Source: a virus (taxonomy: Duplodnaviria; Caudoviricetes). Taken from it: a stretch of 64,000 nt of DNA. Below the pieces are notes generated by a model. The model made no database searches, was not told where the DNA came from, and saw nothing but the letters and a program-made list of their open reading frames with translations. This document shows, piece after piece, positions 18,209 to 26,828 of the stretch. The stretch's first letter is position 1. Each line of letters opens with the position of its first letter. The stretch lies in IMG/VR virus record IMGVR_UViG_3300032303_001800, positions 1 through 64,000 of that record. One strand, 5' to 3'. Both the position numbers and the translations under genes were made by a program.

Positions 18209-18982
18209 ATGGAGAATATTACCTATATTGACAATGACGGCTCGTATCGGTCGGCCAAGGCCTACCAATTGCTCGGGCAGCGGGACTTCGCGGTGAACCA
18301 GGAGCGGATTCGGGCATTATTTACCAATAGTAGGGTCAATGTCTCCATCACGCCTGGTGGAGTCAAGGTTACCTGGCCCAAGGGTCAGAAGATTATCTTC
18401 ACTGGTGAATTTTTTTTCCGGGGGGAAGATGGAGAACTCGAGTCAGTACCAGAGTTCAGCATTATCGACCCACTCAAAGCCCTCAAGGACGCCTGGGGTG
18501 CAACAAGCAGCGCTGCTGCTGTTAATAGGTTTAAGGGGCTAGAATCGAACCTCAGAGGCCTCTACGACCATTCTGTTGGCGCAGTTAGGAACATTCGGGA
18601 AGACATTAACCAGTACTTCCATGTTACTAGTGATTTCGGGGGTGCTATGTTGCTCCAGGGGCCTTCTAAGGAGGACGAGGAGTTGATGCGTCACGAAGAT
18701 TTGGCTGATGTGTTCAAGGTAGGGAAGTGTTGGGAAGAAAAGGATACTAGGGCGTTATTCTCATTTTTTTCTCAGACAAATTCCGGGGGGATTACTCCAG
18801 TTGTGAACGTGACACACCGTTACACTGGCTCACTTGACAATTGCTCCCTTAAAAGCCTATATATCTACGCATACGGCTTTGACGAAGGAGTCAACGTCTT
18901 CCCTAACGACGTAATAGTGCGTTACAATAATAAGTACACAATTATTCGTAATGTTGTCCGTGAAGATAAGCACGTCGATTAA
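18209..18982 (+). CDS. Hypothetical protein, probably leaderless and LexA-controlled
   Basis: TAGACA-17-(TG)TATGCT promoter puts the TSS at about the ATG 18209; SOS box at 18155. Confidence 0.72.
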   Translation: MENITYIDNDGSYRSAKAYQLLGQRDFAVNQERIRALFTNSRVNVSITPGGVKVTWPKGQKIIFTGEFFFRGEDGELESVPEFSIIDPLKALKDAWGATSSAAAVNRFKGLESNLRGLYDHSVGAVRNIREDINQYFHVTSDFGGAMLLQGPSKEDEELMRHEDLADVFKVGKCWEEKDTRALFSFFSQTNSGGITPVVNVTHRYTGSLDNCSLKSLYIYAYGFDEGVNVFPNDVIVRYNNKYTIIRNVVREDKHVD

Positions 18983-19190
18983 TCCTTTGCGATAGCAAAG
19001 ACCCAATAACCCAAATTTTAAGAAAAATTTTTGATGCGCCGTTGGCGCGCGGGCAAAAAATTTTTTAGGCCTATGCCCAGAATTTTTTTAGGTGTTTCTA
19101 CTGTTATGAACAAATGTTCAGAGGGGCCCTTAAATAAATAGAATGTGTCTTGCGTATTTTGGCAAAGCAGGTCAAACTAGACAGAAAGTT

Positions 19191-19427
19191 CTATAAATCT
19201 AGGTAGGGGGTTCCGCGGTCGAGCGCGGCCCGGATTTCGGCGGCCGCGGCGTCGGCCTCGGCGCGAGTGGCGTATTCGGCCAACGGAACGCGCAAGTACC
19301 GAAAGGGAACGGTTTCGCTACTCGAGGTGCACGCCATAAGAATGTAGGTTTCCCCTACGGCCCTGCATTGCTCCTTCTGGCGCGGGATGTCCCAGTCGGG
19401 TTTGCCCATCACAAGAATGCTAATCAT
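19191..19427 (-). CDS. Hypothetical protein
   Basis: 78 aa directly downstream of the tRNA cluster. Confidence 0.55.
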   Translation of the reverse strand: MISILVMGKPDWDIPRQKEQCRAVGETYILMACTSSSETVPFRYLRVPLAEYATRAEADAAAAEIRAALDRGTPYLDL

Positions 19428-19463
19428 TTTACCCCCAAAATTGGCCGTTCAGCCACGTTTCCT

Positions 19464-19551
19464 TGGAGGAAGTGGAGGGATTCGAACCCCCGGAGGCTCT
19501 CACCTCTCCTGTTTTCAAGACAGGTACCATAAACCGCTCGGTCACACTTCC
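19464..19551 (-). tRNA. tRNA-Ser (TGA)
   Basis: GGAAGTG/CACTTCC acceptor, CCTGT-CTTGAAA-ACAGG anticodon arm, long variable arm, GGTTCGAATC T-arm, encoded CCA. Confidence 0.93.
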
Positions 19552-19556
19552 GTTAG

Positions 19557-19623
19557 CGCAGGCGGTAGGACTTGCACCCACACCGAGACCCGAAGGTCCC
19601 TGCTACTTTTACACCACGCCTGC
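19557..19623 (-). ncRNA. tRNA-like RNA with anticodon loop replaced by a C(UUCG)G tetraloop
   Basis: Perfect 7-bp acceptor GCAGGCG/CGCCTGC, D-like arm, GGGACC-TTCG-GGTCTC hairpin, T-arm GTGGG-TGCAAGT-CCTAC; lies between two real tRNAs. Confidence 0.7.
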
Positions 19624-19624
19624 T

Positions 19625-19710
19625 TGGTTGCACGAGAGGGATTCGAACCCCCGAACTCAAAAGAGGGATGGTTTACAGCCATCAGCGTTTGACCACTTCG
19701 CTATCGTGCA
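19625..19710 (-). tRNA. tRNA-Tyr (GTA)
   Basis: TGCACGA/TCGTGCA acceptor, GATGG-CTGTAAA-CCATC anticodon arm, long variable arm, A discriminator plus CCA. Confidence 0.92.
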
Positions 19711-19844
19711 ATGTTGAGGGCCCCAGGCGTATCGCAATTTTCCCTAGAGCCATTCCCGCACTCATATGATTCGCGTTATCATACAAAGTACACGTACCCC
19801 CGTTGTACACCGGGCGGTACGTTTAAATTACGACGGGTATCAGA

Positions 19845-20300
19845 TTACAGCGAGGCCTGGAGTTGCCAGTTCCACTTCTGATGAGCGTCAAGACGCTCGG
19901 CAATGAAGTTGGCAATACCTTGCTGATTGGCTGAAGAAGCAACGCGGAACGCAGCGTTCAGTGAAACTATTACGCCAGTATTGGTAGCCAACAAATCTTC
20001 GACCAATGTTCTTGCACTGAAGTTGGCGGCGTTTTCGTCGTCAACCGTGGCATGCTCGGAAAGGTCCCAGAGACAAAACGGTGCAACTGAGCCCATCTTG
20101 CGAATGTTCTCTGCAAAAGGGTCAAGGCTACCGTAGACATCTTCATAGATTTCGGCAAATTTATCGTGCCACTGTGGAAAATCGGGGTCCACAACATTCC
20201 AGTGAAAACCGTGCGCGCGGTGATACATAATCGTAGCATTAGCCAGAACTGGCATCAGCGCATCTGCGACTGACTTCATGCTTTCATCTTGAGTAATCAT
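19845..20300 (-). CDS. dps: Dps (DNA protection during starvation) ferritin-like protein
   Basis: YHRAHGFHWNV, WHDKFAEIYEDV, DPFAENIRKMG and KWNWQL Dps signatures. Confidence 0.92.
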   Translation of the reverse strand: MITQDESMKSVADALMPVLANATIMYHRAHGFHWNVVDPDFPQWHDKFAEIYEDVYGSLDPFAENIRKMGSVAPFCLWDLSEHATVDDENAANFSARTLVEDLLATNTGVIVSLNAAFRVASSANQQGIANFIAERLDAHQKWNWQLQASL

Positions 20301-20489
20301 TTACTCCTCTTCCTCTTTGGGGATTAGATTGATAGTAAGTTCGTAGCGCCCATCTTCCACAAAATTCCACGGGTCAGTCATTTCAACCTCGCCGTAGATA
20401 TTTGTGTGTTCGACGGTGATAATATCAGGATTTGACTCCTGGCGCTGCATCACTAACTTGATTTGAAAATTCATTTCAAAATTATTCAT
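20301..20489 (-). CDS. Hypothetical protein
   Basis: 62 aa between tRNA-Asn and dps. Confidence 0.6.
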   Translation of the reverse strand: MNNFEMNFQIKLVMQRQESNPDIITVEHTNIYGEVEMTDPWNFVEDGRYELTINLIPKEEEE

Positions 20490-20499
20490 AATTTCCTTG

Positions 20500-20571
20500 C
20501 TGCTCGGGAGGGACTCGAACCTTCAACCTTTGCATTAACAGTGCACTACTCTGCCATTGAGTTACCGAGCA
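20500..20571 (-). tRNA. tRNA-Asn (GTT)
   Basis: TGCTCGG/CCGAGCA acceptor, TGCA-CTGTTAA-TGCA anticodon arm, GGTTCGAGTC T-arm, G discriminator; CCA not encoded. Confidence 0.9.
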
Positions 20572-20579
20572 AAATCCGG

Positions 20580-20909
20580 CTACTTGACCTGACGAGTCTT
20601 AGCCGCCGGAGCGGCCTTCTTGGTGGCAGTCTTCTTGACAGCCTTTTTAGCCGGAGTACCATCCGATGCAACGGGGATGGTGAGAGACATTGGTTCTGGC
20701 TTTTGAAGCGCAGAAATAGCCTTAGTGACATCCTTGGAAATCTTGTCGATTTCTTCAAGAATCGTGTCTACATCATCGGTCACCTGAACAAGCATAGTCT
20801 GAACTTGTGTTTCAAAGTTCTTGGCCTGCCTAACAAAAGCGGCGACGCTACTACCGATGCTACCGGCAAAGCCGACTGCTACGGTGATGAGGGTGGGCAT
20901 TGAAGACAT
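20580..20909 (-). CDS. Hypothetical protein with hydrophobic N-terminus, coiled coil and histone-H1-like PAKK tail
   Basis: C-terminus PAKKAVKKTATKKAAPAAK. Confidence 0.72.
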   Translation of the reverse strand: MSSMPTLITVAVGFAGSIGSSVAAFVRQAKNFETQVQTMLVQVTDDVDTILEEIDKISKDVTKAISALQKPEPMSLTIPVASDGTPAKKAVKKTATKKAAPAAKTRQVK

Positions 20910-21158
20910 CTGGGTTCCTCCAGTTAGATTTAGTTGCAGGTCAAGTGTACAGCATCACATGCAACCTGTCAAGAGTTACAGCAGAATTTTCTGTAGATGA
21001 TATGTAGTATTAGTTAATATATATTATTATATATAGGGTGGTAACTGGCTGCCACCCCAAAGTTTCAAGAGAAACGCCCATTTACCCTGGTCAAATACCT
21101 GGCAACTGGCTGCCACCCATACCCTTGCTTATTGTACCACCTCTGGTACAATTAATTT

Positions 21159-21362
21159 ATGGCAACCCCCAGCGAAAAAGAGCGCATGACTGCGATTATG
21201 GACCGGATGAATATCATTTACGGTCTTGAGGGGGTCAACCCAATTCTTATTGATGTATTGGACGCAATAACGCTTGACGTGGAGTGGCTGTATGATAGAC
21301 TGAACTCTGCATGGTCAACCGTTGAGGTTTACCAGCAGGAATTAAGACAAATTTACCGATAG
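21159..21362 (+). CDS. Hypothetical protein
   Basis: First gene of the plus-strand block, 67 aa. Confidence 0.62.
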   Translation: MATPSEKERMTAIMDRMNIIYGLEGVNPILIDVLDAITLDVEWLYDRLNSAWSTVEVYQQELRQIYR

Positions 21363-21379
21363 TCCTAATTGGAGGAACA

Positions 21380-21601
21380 ATGAACTGGCTGCTATGGATT
21401 CTGGCATTTTATCTGGGGATTGGCCTGTTGATTGCGGGTCGCCTTCACTATGTTTTGGTCAAGTTGTCCCGCGAACTTGCTGTACGGGCAATTGCTATTC
21501 GTAAACGCAATTTCATTAAAACTGTAATTTTTGACGGCCTCAGTTGGCCCTACTACGTGCTCTGGTACGGACTTAAGGATTTTTTCCAGGACATCAAGTA
21601 A
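21380..21601 (+). CDS. Small membrane protein
   Basis: Hydrophobic N-terminus, GGAGG RBS. Confidence 0.68.
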   Translation: MNWLLWILAFYLGIGLLIAGRLHYVLVKLSRELAVRAIAIRKRNFIKTVIFDGLSWPYYVLWYGLKDFFQDIK

Positions 21602-22140
21602 TGCTTATTGGACTTTGCGGTTACGCGCAATCTGGCAAGGACACGCTTGGCGCACTATTAGTTCGCCACAACGCATTTGAGCGTCGCGCTTTTGCTGACC
21701 CCATGCGCCAAATGCTTTATGCCATGAACCCGTTTGTGTTGACTTACGAAGAAACTGGTCAGCCCAATCTAAAGCGTGTCCGCGCTATTGTTGACACCTA
21801 TGGGTGGGAATATGCCAAGAAACACTCCGAGGTCCGCGACCTTCTTCAACGACTGGGGACCGAGGGTGGTCGCGACATCCTTGGTGATGACGTTTGGGTC
21901 GAAGCACTTTTCCACAGACCCTATGAAGACCTAGTCATTACTGACGTGCGTTTTCAAAATGAGGCGGATGCTATTCATGCCCGCGGCGGTACAATTTTGC
22001 GAGTTGTCCGCGATGGGGTGTCGGCCGCAAATAGCCACATCTCTGAGTTTTCCTATAACGACCAAGACCACATTATTTTCAATGACGGCACAATCTTTGA
22101 TTTACACGAAAAGTTCCTGGAGATGTTCAGACTAGTATGA
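21601..22140 (+). CDS. Deoxynucleoside monophosphate kinase
   Basis: IGLCGYAQSGKDT P-loop, AFADP, LLQRLGTE, VITDVRFQNEA. Confidence 0.92.
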   Translation: MLIGLCGYAQSGKDTLGALLVRHNAFERRAFADPMRQMLYAMNPFVLTYEETGQPNLKRVRAIVDTYGWEYAKKHSEVRDLLQRLGTEGGRDILGDDVWVEALFHRPYEDLVITDVRFQNEADAIHARGGTILRVVRDGVSAANSHISEFSYNDQDHIIFNDGTIFDLHEKFLEMFRLV

Positions 22141-22472
22141 GTAAAGCCCGCGCTAAAGGAACCAAGTTTGAAACGGATATTGTCAATTTCCTAAAAGAAA
22201 ATGGCTATCCGGATGCAGAACGTTGGGGCAGTAGCAATATGGACCTCGGAGACATTCGTGGAGTTCCCATGGTTCTAGAGGCAAAGGACCAGAAGACCAT
22301 GACGCTTGCTGAGTGGTGCAAGCAGGCGGCGGTATCCGCTCTTAAGGCAAACAAACTCTGGGCAGTTATCCACAAGCGCGCCCGCAAGGGGACTGGCGAG
22401 GCATATGTCACAATGTCTCTTGAACAGTTTGTTGTTTTAATGCGCGCGTATGAAAAAAGTTTAAACACTTGA
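22137..22472 (+). CDS. Holliday junction resolvase (Hjc-like PD-(D/E)XK)
   Basis: KAKGT.FE N-terminus, GDI, VLEAK motifs. Confidence 0.85.
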   Translation: MSKARAKGTKFETDIVNFLKENGYPDAERWGSSNMDLGDIRGVPMVLEAKDQKTMTLAEWCKQAAVSALKANKLWAVIHKRARKGTGEAYVTMSLEQFVVLMRAYEKSLNT

Positions 22473-22539
22473 CACAGGGTTATTTTTGTGATAGACATAT
22501 TGCTATAAATGGCAACTAGTGCCCCAAATAGAGGAACTG

Positions 22540-23118
22540 ATGGCTACTAAGTTAAGCAGAAAAGGCGAACAGCGACTACGTCGTTTGTCCGAAGGCCTGG
22601 AACATATTTCCCAACTGGTTAACAGAGTAAGTCTTGAAGAGATGAGCGAATTGCTTCGTCGTTCAGAAATACGCATTGACCCCAGTAGTATTTCTGGCGG
22701 AAGTGTTATTCAGGCACGCACCAATTCAGACCCATCATCCTCCCCTGTAGAACGAGCAGTAATGGCCCGGTTGGACGGTCGCGCAATGCGTGACCCCCTG
22801 ACTGAATTGGTCCGAGAAATTGAAAAGTTAATTATAGAAGCCGAGGGCGCTTTAGCACAGGCTCACCGAAATATCCATCTCATTAAAAACCCGCTCGAGA
22901 AAACTCCAGTCCGGAAAACACCAACGCCGTGTGACTCCTGCCTTATTTTCCCAGCAGTACGTACTGGTTTTTGCGTTGAGTGCTATGGGGAGTGGGTTGA
23001 TGCGGGTTCACCCGACAGGCAGCGTTGGGTCGCCTTTAAGCGTCAACTGACCTCTAGCGATGGTCAAGTTTTGGTTGAGCATCAGCCACCCCCGCGCCCC
23101 GGCATTCGAAACACTTGA
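22540..23118 (+). CDS. Hypothetical protein with CxxC-CxxC zinc site (possible late regulator)
   Basis: CDSC...CVEC; GAGGAA RBS; lies before the packaging genes. Confidence 0.68.
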   Translation: MATKLSRKGEQRLRRLSEGLEHISQLVNRVSLEEMSELLRRSEIRIDPSSISGGSVIQARTNSDPSSSPVERAVMARLDGRAMRDPLTELVREIEKLIIEAEGALAQAHRNIHLIKNPLEKTPVRKTPTPCDSCLIFPAVRTGFCVECYGEWVDAGSPDRQRWVAFKRQLTSSDGQVLVEHQPPPRPGIRNT

Positions 23119-23130
23119 CATTTAGAAAAT

Positions 23131-23319
23131 GTGATGTATATTATGTGTAAGGATAGGGAAAAGTCTGCTCCGACAGATGACGAACTAATCTATCTTGGTT
23201 TTGAGCAGTGGCAAATTTCTGCAATGCGGAGATTGCCCAGTGGCTCTCAATGGATTATCCACGACGAATTTATACGTCGAATAATGTCCGGTGAAGATGT
23301 TGATGGATTCCAACTGTAG
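23131..23319 (+). CDS. Hypothetical protein
   Basis: 62-aa ORF; TTGACA promoter at 23115 suggests a later start. Confidence 0.5.
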   Translation: MMYIMCKDREKSAPTDDELIYLGFEQWQISAMRRLPSGSQWIIHDEFIRRIMSGEDVDGFQL

Positions 23320-23327
23320 GGGCTACA

Positions 23328-23591
23328 ATGTCTGAAGAATGGGATAAAAGTTTTGAGGAACTCGTTGCCAAAATTAATGGTGATGACCCCGAAAAGTCCG
23401 CTCAGGATAATGCTCTGAGGGAAGAAGAAATTGCCTTCAACCGTTTGGGCGTAATTCTTTCTCTTGAGAAGGAAAAGTCTCAGATTACCTATCTGCAGGT
23501 TTTGGCCTCGTTGCAAAAAACATCCTCCCGCGTTATTGCGGTTGTAGGGGTTCTTTCAGTTATGTGGTCTTTTTACTTCTGGTTGTCATAA
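23328..23591 (+). CDS. Hypothetical protein with C-terminal TM helix
   Basis: 87 aa, stop overlaps terminase start. Confidence 0.62.
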   Translation: MSEEWDKSFEELVAKINGDDPEKSAQDNALREEEIAFNRLGVILSLEKEKSQITYLQVLASLQKTSSRVIAVVGVLSVMWSFYFWLS

Positions 23592-25111
23592 TGGCAAGTT
23601 TTGCAGATTTTATTTCCAATTCTGTTGTACCGCCAATGGTCGATGCTTTTGCCGCAATGGGGTACACCCCCACTGAACGGCAGCAAGTTTTTCACGAATC
23701 CTCACGGAATCGCGTCGATGCCATCCTTTATGGTGGTGCGGCCGGTGGTGGTAAATCTTGTGCGTTCCTAATGGACGCTATTTGGCACGCTGCCAATATC
23801 CCTGGTATGAAGATTGGCTGTTTTCGCCGCTCGTATCCAGAACTTGAAGAGTCATTCTTGGCCGAACTCGGTCGCCGCGGCTATGCCCGCGACCTCGGCG
23901 CAAAATGGAACTCCACCAACAAGGTGTTGAAGTTTGCCAATGGCTCTGTTATTAATTTTTCTTACGCAGAAAACCTTGTTGACGCATCCCGAATCCTCGG
24001 TGGTGAGTACCAGGCTTTCTACATTGACGAAGCAAGCCTCATGCTCCCTGCTGTTATTCAGCACATTGAGGAGCGTCTTCGTTCCGGTAACAAACTTGTT
24101 CCGGTTATTGGCCTTCGACTTGCAACGAACCCCGGTGGTGTCGGTCACAAGTATTTGAAGGACCGTTTCATCAATCCCACCAAGCGCGGCAAGGAAATCT
24201 ACATTGAAACTGTAGATGGTTCCAAGGTTGCCCGTAAGGTTGCCTTCATTCAGGCCAAAGCGTCAGACAATCCTCACCTTAACGAAGGTTATGACGCAGT
24301 CCTTAACTCCATTCCCGACCCCGCCCGCCGTGCAGCAATGCGTGATGGTGACTGGGACGCGATGGTTGGACAGTTTTTTGAACAATGGCAATACTCCAAG
24401 CATGTCGTACGTTCTTTCCCAATTCCGAAAGAATGGCCTCGTTACGCTGGTATTGACTATGGCTACGCCGCCCCCTGGGCCGTTGTCTGGCTTGCCCAAG
24501 ATAACGACGGTCGCATTTGGGTTTACCGCGAAATTTACTCGACAAAGGTCAATGCCGACGGTCAAGCCAGAAACATTTTAGAGACCGAACGAAGCGCTGG
24601 CGAGTTCGAAGTTGTGCGCGTTGCTGACCCCTCAATGTGGGGACACCGTGGAACACCACTCTCTATTGCAGATATTTATGGTCTTGAAGGTTGCGGTATT
24701 ATGCCCGCCGACAACGACCGAATTAACGGATGGTCACGCGTTCACCATTATCTAAATAATGGTCCTGCCTGCGAAATCCACCGTTTAGAGGGCAAGGATA
24801 CTTGCCCTATGCTTCACGTTTTTGAGGACAAATGCCCGATGTTCATTGAGACCATCCCGGCATTGCCAAGAAATTCTGCCAAGCCAGACGATGCTGAAAC
24901 TCGTAACGTAGAGGACCACATCGCCGACGCGCTAAGATATGTAATTATGGCAGTAGGAACTTACGCACGTCCCGTTATTTACGACGAAGACCCCAGCATG
25001 CGTAGCGGACTCCCAGACACGATGGTTTCGGTCGGGGAAGAGGCTGCGGGTAGAAAATTACCGATGTTCGGTGGTTTGTTTGTAGGGGACCTAAACATTA
25101 GCCCCTTTTAA
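23591..25111 (+). CDS. terL: Terminase large subunit
   Basis: YGGAAGGGKS Walker A, FYIDEA Walker B, ATNPGG, GIDYG and DHIADALRY nuclease motifs. Confidence 0.96.
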   Translation: MASFADFISNSVVPPMVDAFAAMGYTPTERQQVFHESSRNRVDAILYGGAAGGGKSCAFLMDAIWHAANIPGMKIGCFRRSYPELEESFLAELGRRGYARDLGAKWNSTNKVLKFANGSVINFSYAENLVDASRILGGEYQAFYIDEASLMLPAVIQHIEERLRSGNKLVPVIGLRLATNPGGVGHKYLKDRFINPTKRGKEIYIETVDGSKVARKVAFIQAKASDNPHLNEGYDAVLNSIPDPARRAAMRDGDWDAMVGQFFEQWQYSKHVVRSFPIPKEWPRYAGIDYGYAAPWAVVWLAQDNDGRIWVYREIYSTKVNADGQARNILETERSAGEFEVVRVADPSMWGHRGTPLSIADIYGLEGCGIMPADNDRINGWSRVHHYLNNGPACEIHRLEGKDTCPMLHVFEDKCPMFIETIPALPRNSAKPDDAETRNVEDHIADALRYVIMAVGTYARPVIYDEDPSMRSGLPDTMVSVGEEAAGRKLPMFGGLFVGDLNISPF

Positions 25112-25123
25112 GGAAATAGACGA

Positions 25124-26704
25124 ATGGCTATTACATCTTTTAGAAGGGGAATCGAGGAAATGCTCGCGCAACCTGTCGACGAAAGCATCGTCGAAGGTCG
25201 TCAGCGCACCACCGAGAAGCGTACAGGTTACGCTGTTGGTATCCCCGTAGGCGGAAGCACCGAGATTAACGCTGGCGGAAATGTCAGCGCCAGCACTCTT
25301 GACCGCCCCACTTTTATGCTGCAGTTGCTGCAGGCGTACCTTTCGTGCACCTGGTCCTCTGCTTGTATTGACGTAATTGCCCGAACCTGCACAGCAGGCG
25401 GCATCGATGTTGTTTACATCAGCGGTGTCGACAGCGACGCTGTTATGCCAGAACCACCTCCAGAGGTGGCAAAGGTCCAGCAGTTGCTTGCATACGTTAA
25501 CCCGCACGACGATATTCGTCAACTTATGCGGGCCATGATTACTGACCTTATGATTTTTGGCGACGCCTTCTTGGAAGTTGTCTGGGTCATGGGCGAGCCT
25601 GCTGCTCTTTATCCTTTAGACCCGACAACGATGACCGTCATTGCTGATGAACACGGCGTTGTCAAGGGTTACTTCCAAAAGACGCAGACCAACCGCCAAG
25701 CGCGTTTTAAGCCGCGCGAGGTTATTCACGTCAAGTTTGACTCCCCAGGAGACACCCTTTACGGTGTCTCCCCTACGCAAAAGAACATCCTGCCGATTAC
25801 GTCGTGGTTATTCACCGCTGCGCTCATCAAGGAAACGATGAAGCGTGGAGACCCAATGCGTGCTCACGTTGACTGGCCTATCGCTCTTCCGGAATCGGAA
25901 ATGAAGCGTCTCCAGCAGCAGTACGCAACCCGCAACCTTGGTGCTAAAAACATTGGAAACTTGTTCGAGACCAAGGGTGGCGCTGTTGTTAACGAAATGG
26001 GAACAAACCAGATTAATAACTGGCTCAGCACCCTTCAGCAACGCCGCGATGAAATTCTTTCAGGTTACGGTGTCCCGCCGTCAAAGGTGGGCGTTATCGA
26101 GGCAGGAAACCTCGGTGGTGGAACCGGAACCCAACAGGACAAGACGTTCCGCGTCAACACCTGTGGTCCTATTCAGGAACTCCTTCTTGAAAAGTTGACC
26201 TTCGCTATTTTGTATCAAGCATATGGCCTCACTGACTGGATTTTCAAGTTCGGTGCAGTCGACTGGCGAGACGACGAAGTTATCGAAAAGATTCGCGACA
26301 TGCGTATCCGAAACGGTACTTGGACTCTCAACCGAGGTCGTGCAGACATCGGAGAGCCAGCCGTCGATGGCGGTGACAACCCAATCCTGGTTGACCGACA
26401 GAACATGGTTCTTTGGTCAGACCTTGAGGAACTATCACACGCCAACCTCGATGCTGTTAAATTCAAGGGCGAACCTAAAAATTCTATGCAGATGGGGCAA
26501 ACAAACCCCGATGCAACAGTCAGCGACCGTCAGCAGGCGTCGAGTCTTAAGACTCCCGCCAAGAACGTTCGCCCCACGGAATCAGCACGTGGCCCCGAAG
26601 ACGAATCTTCCGCTCTTGAGGGTGCCTGGAATAAGGCATACCAAAAGCGTCGCAAAGAAGTCCTAAAGGAACTGCCCCATCTAGAGGTAGGCGATGCCGA
26701 ATAG
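25124..26704 (+). CDS. Portal protein (HK97-like)
   Basis: Follows TerL; DLMIFGDAF, LYPLDP, EVIHVK, LYGVSP, YGVPP motifs. Confidence 0.93.
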   Translation: MAITSFRRGIEEMLAQPVDESIVEGRQRTTEKRTGYAVGIPVGGSTEINAGGNVSASTLDRPTFMLQLLQAYLSCTWSSACIDVIARTCTAGGIDVVYISGVDSDAVMPEPPPEVAKVQQLLAYVNPHDDIRQLMRAMITDLMIFGDAFLEVVWVMGEPAALYPLDPTTMTVIADEHGVVKGYFQKTQTNRQARFKPREVIHVKFDSPGDTLYGVSPTQKNILPITSWLFTAALIKETMKRGDPMRAHVDWPIALPESEMKRLQQQYATRNLGAKNIGNLFETKGGAVVNEMGTNQINNWLSTLQQRRDEILSGYGVPPSKVGVIEAGNLGGGTGTQQDKTFRVNTCGPIQELLLEKLTFAILYQAYGLTDWIFKFGAVDWRDDEVIEKIRDMRIRNGTWTLNRGRADIGEPAVDGGDNPILVDRQNMVLWSDLEELSHANLDAVKFKGEPKNSMQMGQTNPDATVSDRQQASSLKTPAKNVRPTESARGPEDESSALEGAWNKAYQKRRKEVLKELPHLEVGDAE

Positions 26705-26828
26705 CATTCCAGAAGACGAGCCTATGGGTGGCGCTCTAAACTCCTCAGAGCGCACAGGCACCTATGTTGCCTTTCCTGGGCAAACCGCTGAAAAAGTTTG
26801 GATGCTCGTTAACAAGCAGGTTGACTAA
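26694..26828 (+). CDS. 44-aa hypothetical protein (not in ORF track)
   Basis: GAGGTAGG RBS; fills the gap and overlaps both neighbours. Confidence 0.5.
   Translation: MPNSIPEDEPMGGALNSSERTGTYVAFPGQTAEKVWMLVNKQVD

Larger units (their letters stand above)
8089..19119. promoter_or_regulatory. Ten Gram-positive/actinobacterial-type SOS (LexA) boxes GAAC-N4-GTTC
   Basis: CGAAC-N4-GTTCG at 8089, 10134, 11717, 15054, 16175, 16784, 16809, 16882; GAAC-N4-GTTC at 18155 and 19108; all intergenic. Confidence 0.8.

Noticed and set aside
19387-19769. ORFs 19387..19692, 19463..19717 and 19572..19769
   Set aside because: They overlay the tRNA cluster and are shadows
21060-21075. Third parS-like site (AGTTTCAAGAGAAACG)
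   Set aside because: Four mismatches to consensus, including the central CACGTG
23124-23151. dif-like site containing TGTATATTATGT
   Set aside because: XerC arm does not match; better explained as the -10 of a TTGACA promoter at 23115
23328-23591. Terminase small subunit call
   Set aside because: Position fits but no HTH is recognisable and the C-terminus is a TM helix; left hypothetical
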